64,000 bases of DNA from Octopus sinensis (Eukaryota), in assembly GCF_006345805.1 (NCBI RefSeq), contig NC_042997.1:74400001-74464000 (forward strand), in the 5' to 3' direction. The position numbers were made by a program, and so were the translations under genes. Under the pieces are notes generated by a model. That model was not told the DNA's origin, ran no database searches, and saw only the letters and a program-made list of their open reading frames with translations. Below, in pieces: positions 24,797-37,801 of this stretch. Each line of letters starts with the position of its first letter. Position 1 is the stretch's first letter.

Positions 24797-27630
24797 TCAT
24801 CATCATCATCATCATCATTTAGCGTCCGCTTTCCATGCTAGCATGGGTTGGACGGTTCAACTGGGGTCTGGGAAGCCAGAAGGCTGCACCAGGCCCAGTC
24901 TGATCTGGCAGTGTTTCTACGGCTGGATGCCCTTCCTAACGCCAACCACTCCGTGAGTGTAGTGGGTGCTTTTTACGTGCAACCCGCACAGGTGTCAGAC
25001 AGGGCTGGCAAACGGCCACAGACGGATGGTGCTTTTTAGGTGCCACCGGCAAAGGGGGCCAGGTGAGGCTGGCAATGGCCATGATCGGATGGTGCTTTTT
25101 ACGTGCCACTGGCACGGAGGCCAGTCGGGGCGTAGCTGGCAACGGCCACGGTCGAGTGGTGCTTTTTACGTGCCACCGGCATGGAGGCCAGTTGAGGTGG
25201 CGCTGGCAACGGCCACGATCGGATGGTTCGCTTACGTGTCACTAGCATTGGTATCACAGCTGCAACTTCCATTGATGTTGATCGACTTTGATTTTGGTTC
25301 TGATTTCTGATATCTGATTTGATTTGATTTCCACTTGCCTCAACGGGTCTTCACAAGTAGAGGTTTGTGACCCAAGAAGGAAAGGTATGTATAAGTCGAC
25401 TGGCTACATCCCAGGTAGAGGCCACTGGTTATGGTCTCACTAGTCCTGCCGGCTCTTCTCACGCACACCATACTTCCATAGGTCTCGGTCTCTAGTCATT
25501 TCCTTGGTGAGACCCAAAGTTCGAAGGTCGTGCTTCACCAACTCGTCCCAGGTTTTCCTGGGTCTACCTCTTCCACAGATTTCCTCAACCGCTACGGTGT
25601 GGCACTTTTGCACACAACTATCTTCAGCCATTCTCGTCACATGACCATACCAGAGCAAACGTCTCCCTTGCACACCACAACTGATGCTTCTTAGGTCCAA
25701 CTTTTCTCTCAAGGTACTTACACTCTGTCGAGCATGAAGACTGACATTACACATCCATCGGAGCATACTGGCTTCAATTCTTGCGAGCTTACGCATGTCC
25801 TCAGCAGTCACAGCCCATGTTTCCCTACCATGTAGCATGGCTGTCGTACACATGCATCATACAGTCTGTCTTTTACTCTGTGCGAGAGGCCCTTTGTCAA
25901 CAGCAGGGGTAAGAGCTCTCTGAACTTTGCCCAGGCTATTCTTACTCTAGCAGTTACACTTTCAGCACACCCACCCCCGCTACTGACTTGGTCATCTAGG
26001 TAATGGAAGCTATCAACTACTTCTAGTTTTTCTCCCTGGAATGTGGTAGAAGTTGGTCTCTGCACATTTTCAGTGTTTATTGCTACTGAGCATCTGTCAC
26101 ATACAAAAACTATTTTTCTAGTTAGCCTTCCTCTGACATTGCTGCACCTCTTATGTGTCCATAGCTTACACTTGGTGCATCTTATAGAGTTTCTACCTAC
26201 ACCTTTTCTACAGATCAAGCAGGACCATCTACCTGAAGGCATTTGTGATTAGTCTACCTTCCTACTTATTAGGACTTTGGTTTTGGCTAGGTTGATTCTA
26301 AGGCCCTTCTAATCCTTGCTTCCACACCTGAAACTTTTCCTCCAGTTCTGATAGTGACTCAGCAATTAGAGCAAGGTCATCAGCGTAGAGGAGCTCCCAG
26401 GGGCATCCTGTCTTGAATTCCTCCGTTATTGCCTGGAGGACTATGATAAATAGGAGGGAGCTGAGGACTGAGCCTTGGTGGACCCCTACATCTACACGGA
26501 ATTCTTCACTGTACTCGTTGCCAACCCTCACCTTACTAGCACCGTCTCTGTACATGGCTCGCACAGCTCTCACTAACCATTCATCTATCCCTAGTTTCCT
26601 CATTGACCACCAGATAAGGAATCAGGGGACCCTGTCAAAGGCTTTCTCCATGTCAACAAAAGCCAGGTAAAGGGGCTTATCTTTGGCTAGGTATTTCTCC
26701 TGCAGCTGTCTTACCAGGAATATAGCATCAGTAGTACTTTTCCCTGGCACGAACCCAAAGTGCATCTCATCTAAGCTAACTCTCTCTCTAATTAGTTGGG
26801 CTATAACCCTCTCCGTAACCTTCATTACCTGATCCAGCAGCTTGATACCCCTGTAGTTATTTGTATCTAGGGCGTCACCTTTACCTTTGTAGCAGTTGAC
26901 TATTATGCTGCTACACCAGTCATTGGGAATGACTCCTTCGTGTATCACCTGATTAACTATACGGGTGACTATGCTATAGCCGACACTACCAGATATTTTG
27001 AGCATCTCTGCAGTGATTGCTGATGGACCTGGGGCTTTCCCTGTCTTCATGCTTGTAATTGCCTTAACTACTAAGGAACTGTCAACTCGGATAGCTGGTC
27101 CCTCTGTTGCGTCGACATTCGGCAGACTCTCTTTATCCCATTCATTTTCTTTATTCAGCAACCTTTCATAGTGGCGTCTCCAAACCTCTCTCTTTGCATC
27201 CTCATTTAGCGCAAGTGAACCATCATCCATGCGAACACATTTCTCTCCTACCACATCACGATTCTCTCTCACACACTGTCTTGCAACACGAAATACCTCA
27301 AGTCTTTCATCCTCACGGCGCAGAACATTGGCAAATTTTTTCTTATCTGCTTCCCTTATGGCTAAATACACCTGCCTCCTAGCTTCCCTTGTGGCAGTCT
27401 GATACACTTCCCTGCTACCACCGTTCTTCCAGTCCTTCCAAGCCTGTTTCTTTTGTCTAATAGCCCTGTCAACAATATTGTTCCACCACCACGTTATTTT
27501 GGGCCTAGAGGGGACTTTGCACCAACCACAGATCTGGTCAGTGGCTCTCAGCAGGTTGTCCCTTAGAGACCTCCAGTTGTCTTCTACCCCATGTGAAGCT
27601 ATACCCCCTTCTATTTCGTCAAAGGCTTCA
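24795..27630 (-). mobile_element. RTE-clade LINE, 5'-truncated, same family as 12.5-15.7 kb
   Basis: RT ORFs 26622-27407 and 26298-26603 (GVHQGSVLS, ELLYADDLAL), Cys-rich segment CLICRKG...CTKC, 3' UTR with 62-bp repeats and (GAT)n tail at 24795-24817. Confidence 0.93.
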
Positions 27631-27867
27631 TATTAATACACAACTATAAGAGAGAATCCACTATGTGGACGCTCTTACGCTAGATATAGATCCGCAAAGG
27701 GACTCCACCACTAAGAATTGTTCTCAAGAAATAATTCAACACACCAAGAACGATGAAACAGTTGTATGGGGTTAATCTATATTTTCGTAATTTTTCATTT
27801 GTCTTGCTCGCTTACGTTCTTGGTGTGTTGACTTTAATTTTATATTTTTATTTACATATATATATAT

Positions 27868-28065
27868 GGAGCAGAAACATCAGATGCGCAAAGACAGAGC
27901 CGCCTGCACCAGTAGCACGGCCCCTACCCACTTCTGCCCCACCTGTGGGAGGGGCTTCCTTGCCCGGATTGGCCTCACCAGCCACCTCCGGTCTCATGGC
28001 GGAAATTCCATCAGATGATGTCAGTTGGTCATCTTCGAACCGAAGGACGAACATAATAATAATAT
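27868..28065 (+). mobile_element. RTE-BovB-type LINE 3' end
   Basis: C2H2 finger CPTCGRGFLARIGLTSHLRSH, 3' UTR ggtcatcttcgaaccgaaggacgaac, (ATA)n tail. Confidence 0.7.
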
Positions 28066-28083
28066 ATATATATATATATATGT

Positions 28084-28388
28084 GGAGGCGCAATGTCCTA
28101 GTGGTTAGAGCAGTGGACTCGCGGTCATAGGATCACGGTTTCGATCCCCAGACTGAGCGTTGTGAGTGCTTATTGAGCAAAAACACCTAAAGCTCCACGA
28201 AGCTCCGGCAGGGGGGTGGGGGTGCCGATCCCTGCTGTACTCTTTCGCCACAACTTTCTCTCACTCTTTCTTCTGTCGGCCTGCTCGCTTAGCCAGCGGG
28301 GTGGCATCATTTGAAGGCTAAAACAATGTGAAGCGCATTGTGACCAACGATGTGTAACAACATCTGATAGCCTGGTCGGTCACAGTCA
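28084..28388 (+). mobile_element. Second tRNA-derived SINE family
   Basis: Head GGAGGCGCAATGTCCTAGTGGTTAGAGCAGTGGACTCGCGG...GGTTTCGATCCCCAG with A/B boxes, followed by ~230 nt of non-tRNA body. Confidence 0.8.
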
Positions 28389-28544
28389 AATTACTTAGAA
28401 TTTGTTGGAGTTCTGATTTCCCCAGTTTCTTTTTTAAACAGCTATTCACAACAATGTGTATGTGTGTGTGTGTGTGTGGATGCACATGCATGCATCTGAA
28501 TGTATGGGTAAATTTGCATTTACACAATTGCATATATTCTTTCT

Positions 28545-28874
28545 TTTCATTCTTTCACTTGTTTCAGTCATTTCACTGCAGCCAAGCTGTCTTGAAGGGT
28601 TTTAATTGAACAGGTCTTACTTTTTTTAAAACCTAGTACTTATTCTACTGAACTTTTTTTCTGAACTGCTAAGTCATGGGGACATAAACTCACCAACACA
28701 AGTTGTCAAGTGGTGATGGGGAGACAAACACAGACAAGAAGACACACACACAAGGCTTTGGTCAGCCCAAGGTTATAGTAGAAGACACTCACCCAAGGTG
28801 CCATGCAGTGGGACTAAACCCAGAACCATGTCGTAGGGAAGCAAGCTTCTTACGACACAGCCATGCCTGCACCT
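28545..28874 (-). mobile_element. tRNA-derived SINE (OK/OR-type), internally deleted, ~20 nt from the dynein donor at 28894
   Basis: Homology to 1310-1713. Confidence 0.75.
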
Positions 28875-28894
28875 ATATATGTTTATTTCCTTAC

Positions 28895-29134
28895 CTGAAA
28901 TATATTTGAAAGATCTCTTAAGTTGAAAATATAGTGGAATTTGATGGCCGTAGGCAAGAAGTGACATGCAACTCTGCTATGCAAGACCAAGCTTCCTATC
29001 ACAATATTCTGTGAGAATTTCTGAACAACTGGTAAAAATTCTCCAAAACTTAAATGCTGACTTAATATACTGTTGTAGATTGTTTTCAGTGATTCTTCAC
29101 ATGGGAAACTGATAGCAAATACACAGAAGTGTCT
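28895..29134 (-). CDS. DNAH9/11/17-like: Dynein heavy chain exon (80 aa, AAA3 small domain); not in the supplied ORF track
   Basis: Translated by hand: ttccag|RHFCVFAISFPCEESLKTIYNSILSQHLSFGEFLPVVQKFSQNIVIGSLVLHSRVACHFLPTAIKFHYIFNLRDLSNIFQ|gtaagg; 240 nt, phase 0-0; contains the dynein motif HYIFNLRDLSNIFQ and bridges the neighbouring exons exactly. Confidence 0.96.
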
Positions 29135-29947
29135 CTGGAATCAAAACAAACACCATTATCAGCATCCCTTCCACAACTGTCCTCATTATCATCATCATTA
29201 CTATTATCATCATTATCATTACTATTATCATCATTATTGTCATTGTCCTCTCCTTCCTCATCATCCTCCATATCATCAGTAGCATTATTATCATCAGACA
29301 CTGCTCCAGATGCTACTGAACATTATAATAATGGTCATTTAGATACTCTGAATGTCACTCTAAAGGCATTTCTTATATTTTCCTCTGCTATCACTTAGCT
29401 GGTATGAAGCTGATGCTTTTTGAGCATGCATAAGATAGTCAAAAATAATGTGCTATATTTCCTAACTTTCTAAATATTGTTGCCCATAGCCTTACTTTCA
29501 ACTACCAACCATATGGACCATTTTGTGGTTATTGTCAACATTATCACTGTCACTGTATTAATATTTTATAAGAAAGGCACAAGGCTCCAAATTTAAGAGG
29601 ATAAGTTCGTCAATTATATTGACGGCAGTTTTTGATTAGTGCTTGAATGGCAAACCAGGATGTAAAGTGTCATAACTAAGTATCATTATTGAAATAATAA
29701 TTACTACTGATTTCTTAAATTCATACAGACACAGATTTTTATTAGTAGGCATATTTGATTGAACAGATTAATTCTATTTGATCAATTCCAGAGGGATGAA
29801 AGCCAAAATTTACACTCACAGGATTTGAATTCAGAATGCAGAAATGCAATTTGATACAGTGAAACATTTAATCTGACACTCAATTACTCTATCTTTAACT
29901 GCTATAATTATCATAATCAATAACTGTTGTAACATTGTTATCTTTAC

Positions 29948-30115
29948 CTGCAATCTGGCATCTATTGTGAAGCTGCCTGCTGTTGGATTCATGCAAGCAA
30001 CATACTGGGCATTGTGTATGTCCTTCAAAGTCAGTTTGACTCGATCATACCAATGGCTGTAATCTAAATGCTGTCTCAATATTGTATGTGGTTGGACTGT
30101 AAAATACTGATCAAC
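29948..30115 (-). CDS. DNAH9/11/17-like: Dynein heavy chain exon (56 aa, AAA3)
   Basis: ttcag|[56 protein letters not shown]|gtaaag; CMNPTAGSF motif; 168 nt, phase 0-0. Confidence 0.96.
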
Positions 30116-30807
30116 CTGAAAGAAAAAATAAAAACTAATTTATACTGGACAGAGTTTGCTTTATAGTTTTTTTTTTTTTGTTTTTTGTTTTTTTTCTAAG
30201 AGTGAAGTGCCTACAACACTTTATTTCTTCAGGGACTCAGAGACTAGTGGAATGAAATTATCAAACTGGAATGCAGACTCTGAAAATAATTGAAAAGAAA
30301 GTTGAACTTGGCAAGATTTGGACCTAGAGTGCCAGAACAAATTCTGCATGGCAATTTGTGATTTTTCTTCAACAACTGTCAATTCAATGTCTAAAGAAGT
30401 CCGGACAATGACATGAATACAAGCATTTTGAATTAGTTGATTGTGTATATTTAAAAAGATACTGGGGATTAATTACAAATCAATTTATGATAAAATTCAC
30501 AAAAATTTTAGTCTGATCAAGAGTGAGAAATTTTCTTATTTTCTGTTTTCCTCTAATGATTCTAAAATAATTCATAAATGTTGAAGAAAACACTGGATAG
30601 GCTCCAATACATTACTGATATTAAAATTAGTGCCTCCAGAATAAAGTAAACTTGTCCCCATAGGAAAATAACAGAGATTAGTTGGCGTTAGAGCTCATAC
30701 CATAAATCAGCTCTTTAGTTGTTTGAACCAAGCATACTAAAATCTCAGATTTATAAGACAAAAGAGTTGCTTTAAGTTATATGATTTCCCCAATGCAACT
30801 GAAATAC

Positions 30808-30900
30808 AGTAATCCCTTGACTACTCTCAACTATTGCGGGTGCTACATTCCAAAACCCCATGCGATAGGTGAAAATCCTTGAAGTAGAATCAATACTGCA
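30808..30900 (+). mobile_element. pogo/Tigger-like terminus
   Basis: TA|CAGTAATCCCTTGACTA...TATTGCGGG pattern typical of Tigger TIRs. Confidence 0.4.
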
Positions 30901-30974
30901 TATTTTTTTAATTTTATAATTTGTGTATATTTATTTTATTATAAATGTAGGTTCAGGTAGTGATTCACCTATAA

Positions 30975-31680
30975 GAACAAGGTCATCAGCATAGAGGAGC
31001 TCCCAAGGGCAGCCTGGAGGACTATGATGAACAAGAGGGGCTGAGGATCGATCCTTGGTGAATCCCTACTTGTACTGTGAATTCTTCGCTGTAGTTGTTG
31101 CCAACCCTCACCTTACTAACAGTGTCCCTGTACATGGTTTCTACAGCTCTCACCTACCACTCATCTATATCTAGTTTCTGCATTGACTGCAGCTAAGGGA
31201 TTGGGGCACCCTATAAAAGGTTTTCTCCAAGTTAGCAAAAGCCAAGTACAGAGGTTTATTTTTGCACAAAACCAAACTGCATCTCATCTAGACTAACTCT
31301 CTCCCTAATTAGTTGGGCTATGACTCTCTCTCTCTCTAAGTAACTTTAATCACCTGATCCAACAATTTGATACCTCTGTAATTATTTCTATCTAAGGCAT
31401 TACCTTTTCCTTTGTAGCAGTTGACTATGGTACTGCAACACCAATCATTAAGTATGACCTCTTCATGTACCACTTGATTTACTATACAGGTGACTAAACC
31501 ATAACCCAAACTGCCAGATATTTTAAGCATCTCAGCTGAGATTCCTGATGGGCCAGGGGCATTCCCTGTTTTCATATCTTTAATTGCTTTATCTACCAAG
31601 GTTCTGTTGATTCAGATAGCTGGTTCCTCGGTTGGGTCAACATTTGGCAGACTCTCCTCCTCCCATTCACTTCCCACTTT
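30975..31680 (-). mobile_element. Degenerate RTE RT fragment
   Basis: ORF 31336-31599 (GNAPGPSGISAEMLK...NNYRGIKLLDQV) homologous to the RT at 14.2-15.0 kb; a further + strand RTE fragment lies at ~31960-32270. Confidence 0.85.
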
Positions 31681-32327
31681 CAGAAAAAGGTAAGAACTGT
31701 ATAGTTTCCAAAGTTTTAAATTTAATTTACAGATTTAATTATGTCGCACAACAGCTAAATACAGTGTTTTTTTACTCAGCTTTTGAATATGCAATGTTCA
31801 AATTTTTGTTTTTCATTTCTGTCTTTCTTTCAGTTTTTTATATATTTTTTTCTTTTATCATTGTCATTTGGTAGTATTTCAGTCAAATAATTTAAATTAC
31901 TATACAAGAAAGTAAAAACATTATTTCTCCAAAATCCTGTTTTTAAGGTACTATGAATAAGGCAACAGTTGGCTATGGGCACACTGATTGGTTCTCAGCC
32001 CCACTCCCATTCATCATCATTCTCCAGGCCATAATAAAGAAATTTCAGACTGGAAGCCCATGAGAACTACTATATACTGGTGACCTTGCCTTCATAGGGG
32101 AACAAAATTAGAAAAAAAAAAGTCCAGGTGTGGAAATAACCTGGAATCAAAGGGTCTTAAAGTATACTTAGCAAAGGTCAAGGTCCTAGTAAGAAAGAAA
32201 TCAAACAGGATACTTCACCCATCAGGTAAATGACCCTGCTTGATAAGGGTGTAGGCAGAAATTCCATTTGGTATATCTCTCGCCTTCAATAACTCCTTGG
32301 CTTACATTGGTGAAACAGGATCCTTCA

Positions 32328-32558
32328 TGCTGAGCAACGTAAGAAGCAAGAACCAGCCTAGGGTCACAAAAGTTCAGGCCATTTTGCAAGAGCAGTATAA
32401 AAGAGATGAAAGAGACAGTGGTATACGAAGTGAGAAAGGAGGAAGAAGAAAGGCGAAATGTACATTTGGTGCAATGCAGTCAACAGGGACAGTGCCTGAG
32501 ATGGGAGGAATATGCGATCGGCTGCAGAATATCATGGAAGGAACTTTGGGCTTGGGAA
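32328..32558 (+). mobile_element. HERO-like LINE fragment, inverted relative to the 34.2-37.1 kb copy
   Basis: High-identity reverse complement of ~35318-35535. Confidence 0.85.
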
Positions 32559-34180
32559 TGTTGCAAGTAGCCATTTTAAAATAAGGCGCCAATATGTGGT
32601 GGCTGGCAATATGACGTAGTGTCGTGTTGCCGAGGAGATATTATTGTTGTTTTTCCATTGGTTAATATAACTGCTCATATAAGGATTCTAAAAGTTACTT
32701 AAAGAATATTTGTATGGGATTTCGATTCTTTTAAGTCAAGTTGAGCAGTTATAAAAACCCTGGATTTTGAGAAGAACTTTAGTGTTTGTTGGATGTAACT
32801 AAACTCCACAACACTCACTCCTTTAAGACATTGGTGATTTTTCATGCCATGTCCAAGGAAAATCAAACAAGTCTTATTTAAATTGTTGTGATTTAATATT
32901 AGTTAGATTTATGAATTAGATAGTAAAATATATAGTCGTAATTCTATACGACGAGAATTGTCTTTCTTTCACCTGTATATAATATAAAATGTTATATGTA
33001 TATAATAAAAATTAATTAAGAAAATGTTTTCTCTTTCTTCACGTTCTTCAACTATGTATAAATATGTATTTCTGTAATTATAAAATTGTATTTTCTTATA
33101 GCGGTTAAATGAACACAAAAATAATATTATACATACATGACGCTAATATTTGTTAGCGTTCCATAAAGTATATTTCTCTATGGCGTTTATAGACTGTAGT
33201 TCGGACTGTGTATAATGATAACACTTAAGTTATAAGTGACGTTCTATCATTATCACCCTTACTTTAAAAGCCAAATAATCTATTTCCAAATAGGAAACAT
33301 AATAAGTAGTATTGCATTAACTGTAAACAAAACTAACTAGGAAATATACGTTATAATATATGACATAAGAGAAGCATGGTTGCTTAAATCGCTATCATCT
33401 TATTGATAAAGATAGAATTCAACCATTACCAGAGAAAGTTGAAGCTATTAAAAAATTTTCTGTACCAAAAACTTTAAGGAAGCTCAGAGAATTTTTAGGG
33501 ATAGTAAATTTTTACAGAAAATTTATTCCTAAAGTCACTGAAACCCTATATCCTTTAACTGAGCTATTGAAAAATAGAAGGAAGAAAAATGAATCCATAA
33601 CTTTAAAAGAAGAAGAATTACAAGATTTTAAAAACATAAAAGATAAACTGTGTGAAGCAACACTCTTAAACCATCAGGTTCCTGAAGCAGAATTATCATT
33701 GATAGTTGATGCTTCTGATGTTGGAATCGGTGGCGTTCAACAACAATTTCATAGTAATTCCTGGCAACCATTAGCTTTCTTTTCAAAATTCAAGGCACCA
33801 GAATCGAAATACAGCGTTTTTGGCAGAGAACTGTTGGCAGCTTATTTGTCAATTAAACACTTCAGACATCTTCTTGAAGGTAGGTCATTTACTTTATTTA
33901 TTGACCATAAACCGTTAACATATGCATTAAAAAGTTCTTCGGAGAAATATTCTCCTAGAGAAATTAGACACCTTGATTTTATTTCACAATTTTCTGTGGA
34001 TATATGGTATATCAAGGGTGTTGAAAATTCAGCAGCAGATGCACTTTCTAGAATGAATGTAGATGCATTAAATTCACTGGATCAAGTTGCGGATAAAGAG
34101 TTTTCTTTATATAAAAATTCCAGTTCAACTTCTTTAAGATTTAAATTGTTGCCAATTTAAGATTTAAATTGTTGCTGACA
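32559..34180 (+). mobile_element. Internally deleted Ty3/gypsy element: putative LTR plus RT-RNase H fragment
   Basis: LTR-like TGTTG (32559) to CAACA (32813) or GACA (32830) with TATAAAA ~32750 and PBS-like TGGTGA at 32832; pol LPEKVEAIKKF...FLGIVNFYRKFIP...IVDASDVGIGG...PLAFFS...YSVFGRELLA...DHKPLT (33400-34160). LTR limits uncertain. Confidence 0.75.
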
Positions 34181-34181
34181 T

Positions 34182-37115
34182 CATCTGGAGGAACCACGTC
34201 TGGTTTCAGCCCCTACTTCACAACTGCTTTGACGTGGCGGGGCCCTCCCTTTTGGAGGTGTCTTCAGCTCTGATGTTGGGTGCATGTCTTCTTTCTTCTG
34301 TTCCCTGGCCTCTTTGATGTGTTGTCAGCGAGTGTCAGCCGGTGACTGACTGACTTGTCAAATTTTTCTCTTTAAATACCTGCAGCTAGGCTCCAGCAAG
34401 TTGTCAGCCCCAGCAAGTTGTCACGTGACACTGTCTCACCTTAACTGACTAGTGAAGGCGCGTAGTTTTAGCCCACACATTCTCTAAACGACCGTCACCT
34501 GTCAGTCAGTGAAGCTAACTCAGTGTCAGCTTGTCTCACCTAGTGATGTTATTTCCCACGGATGTGTTATGACTTTCAAGCCATTTTTGGTCTTGCGCTT
34601 CAGCCATATATAGAAGCTGGCCTTTTCAACCACCTCCTGTACTCTCCTTATTAGTTTTTGCAGCTCGGAGCTAGAAAAAACAAATCTTCTTTTGAAAAGC
34701 ATCGTCATTTTCCTTTCAATGAAGCCTCTAGCCCCCACTACCAGGTGATAATATTCGACATTCCATCCCCGTTCTCTGCATTCTTCAATTAGCTTTTCGT
34801 ACCTCTTCTCCTTTTGTTCCTCTGCATTGCTGATGTTCTCTTCCCAAGGTACTGTCAGTTCTAGTAAAATTCCTATTCTCCGGTCTCTGTTCCACAGGAC
34901 TAAATCTGGCCTTTTTGTTGTTTTATTAGTGGAAATATTACTTGTCTTTCCAAGTCCATGGCCACCTCCCAGTATCCCTTCCATCTTTCGTCCATCTCTT
35001 ATACTTGTAGGCCTGGTTTTATATCCTTTTCCCTCCTTCTGGAAGTATACTTTCCTGCCCTTTTCTACTTTTGGGTACTCTCCCCTATTGTACCTCTTGA
35101 TCTTCTCCTTGAGTGCTGCGCTTATGACACCGAGGACTTCTTTATGCCACCATGTATATCTTTCTAGTGCTAGTCTGCAATTTGACCGAACATGTCTAAC
35201 TGTCGCTTTCTCTCCGCATCTACACTCATCGGTTGTTTTATGTTCCACCGGACTAAGTTCATCCGTTGAGGGTAGAACGTCGAAGGTAGACTTGATCAGG
35301 AAGTATGTTCTTGCTTGTTCCTAAGCCCAAAGTTCCTTCCATGATATTCTGCGGCTGATCACATATTCCTCCCATCTCAGGCACTGTCCCTGTTGACTAC
35401 ATTGCACCAAATGCACATTTCACTTTTCTTCTTCCTCCTTTCTCACTTCGTATACCACTGCCTCTTTTATCTCTTTTATACTGCTCTTGCAAAATGGCCT
35501 GAACTTTTGCGACCCTAGGCTGGTTCTTGCTTCTTGCGTCGCTCCGACTATATCTGCGTGCCTTAATTTTCCGATCGCCCTGTTTACTGCCTCTTCCGCC
35601 TTCCATTTCCTCCCTGTTCATACCTTTGGAGGGTTTTCCCAGATGCTCTGATCTTTTGAATACCTTAGCATCATTACTGTCCTTGCCTTTACTGCCTTAT
35701 ATTCTTCGGGTTTTCCATATAGTGCAATTGTATTCAATGGTTTCGTCAGACCAAGCCATTTTCTGATAAACACACTGCATCTTTGTTCCATCCTTTCTAC
35801 TCTACTCGAGGCTATTTCGTACATTTGCAATGGCCACATTATTCTTGGGCACAGCCCAAATTGCAGTATCCAACATTTGAATTTTCCCGGCAGCATTGTT
35901 CTGTCTTTACTCCTTGTTCTAACTAACTCGTGTGTTTCTTTCCCTTGCTTCTTATCATTTAATAAGTCTCTATACCATCTGCCTAGACTCTTTACTGGTT
36001 GTTCTTTCACCGTTGGTATGTCTTCACCTCCTATCCTGAATTTCACTTCTTTTTGCCCTCCTTTCACAAAAGCCACGCTTCAAGATTTTTGGGCTTTGAA
36101 TTTCATCCTTGCCCATCCTATCAGTTCGTCCAACCGCTCTAACATTCCCTCTGCTGCTTCTCTACTTTCTGATAATATAGTTACGTCGTCCATAAAAGCC
36201 CTTAATGGTTTCTTTGTAATAGCTTTCTCACAGTTTGTGGATCTAGGTAACATTTCCATGACTAGCACAAATAAGATGACTGATATCGTGCATCCGGCTG
36301 CAATACCTAGTTCAAGCTGTTGCCACTCCGTTGTGAACTCTCCTGCTGTAAATCTCATCCTCAGGTTGCCGTAGTATGACATGAGCATTCGTTGAACATC
36401 TTTTGGAATCTAAAAGAAGTCCATCGCTGTTATTATTATTGCGTGCGGAACAGATCCATAAGCATTGGCAAGATCTAGCCAAACAATATACAGGTTTTTC
36501 TTCATTTGTTTTGCACAGGTGATGGCTTCCCAGATGGCAAATGCGTGTTCTATGCACCCAGGGATTCCGAGGATTCCTGCTTTTTGGATTGCTTCATTAA
36601 CGTACCCGTTATGCTGTACGAATCTTATGATTCGTCTAGCAATAATTCCAAACATTGATTTTCCCACCAGTATTTAATAATGAAATTGGTCTAAATTGAC
36701 CTAGTGTTTTTGCCTCTTTTTCTTTAGGTAGATAGATACCTTCAGCTATACACCATCACTCCGCTACATCCTTCCTCTTACACATTTCTCTTATCAGTGC
36801 AAACAGCTGCAAGCGTAATTTCGGGCAATATTTATATACCTTGTAGCTCATTCCATCATTCCCTGGTGAACTTTTTGCTCTTGCTTTTCTTATGAACTCA
36901 TCCATTTCTTTCCGTTTGATGTCACTCAATTCAAATGGTACTCTTGGTTCAGGTGGTTTCTTCAGTCTGTGCATTTCTGGGAGTACTTCATTTCTGTCAG
37001 AGTCGCTGTATGTCTCTTTCAGATGTTGTTTGAGCTCTTTTTACATGCAATCCAATTTTCCGCTTTTACTTTCAGTAAATAAATGTTTCACATATTGATA
37101 GGGATTGTTCACAAA
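34182..37115 (-). mobile_element. HERO-like (R2/NeSL superfamily) LINE, 5'-truncated, RT plus CCHC plus REL
   Basis: RT (SSPGNDG, VWLDLANAYGSVPH, GIAAGCTISVILF, AFMDDVTIL), CRCGEKATVRHVRSNC, RPDLVLW...LELTVPWEE...EKRYE...VGARGF; multiple frameshifts. Confidence 0.88.
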
Positions 37116-37756
37116 GCTATGATAGGGGGAAATTTCTGTTTCAAATCCAGAAACGTATTCATATCTGTTGGGATTATCATCCTGTCTGATGAAGTTTTCA
37201 GAAGTTCTGCAAAATTTGTCAGAATGTTTTGCTGTTAATTACTTCCTCAATCAACTCAATGTTGCTCTTCTGAATAACAGTGAAGTTGATGAAAGAAGTA
37301 TGCACCCAAGGGTGTGACTGTTAGTCATTTTGTTTATCAGGATTTTCTTTTTGATTTCAGGTTTTTCTTTTTATTTTTGTGTCATTCATAGTTGTGAAAG
37401 TGTTTGTAAAATTGGGTTTTCTTGTTATGATGATGGTGCTGATGTTTTTTTTTAATGGTTTTGTGACAGATTTTGTTTTTTATTGTCATGTCTTAGGGCC
37501 TTCATTAGGGCTTTCCTGACTGCATTCTGCAAATTAGTCAGCTGTGACAAGTAGTCTCTAGTAGGGTATTTTAATAGTGTTGTTACAGCCATCCCCTTCA
37601 ATCGGGAATAAAAAGTTGGCAGACCACCTTATAAGCTGTATATTAAGGAAATATTAAAATTACAATAATTAAAAAAAAAAAGTTTCAAACTTTCTGGAAT
37701 GCACCTTATATGTGTGTCTTTGTATTGTCCCTTTCAACCTTTACCATACAAATCAC

Positions 37757-37787
<31 letters not shown>

Positions 37788-37801
37788 TTTTTATTATTAT
37801 T

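Noticed and set aside
28084-28160. tRNA-like sequences (also 1640-1713, 42357-42425, 45840-45905, 62160-62236) as genuine tRNA genes
   Set aside because: A/B boxes are present but acceptor and anticodon stems are broken, and each runs into a SINE body or tail.
29086-29301. Acidic D/N-rich ORF overlapping the dynein acceptor as an alternative exon
   Set aside because: It is the translation of a (GAT/AAT)n microsatellite in the 813-bp intron and is not in the dynein frame; the flanking exons already join in phase 0.
37187-37215. Other CTGATGA matches (also ~1915, 43796, 44233, 48718, and minus-strand 5259, 42708, 49176) as hammerheads
   Set aside because: No stem II followed by GAAA and a UH site.
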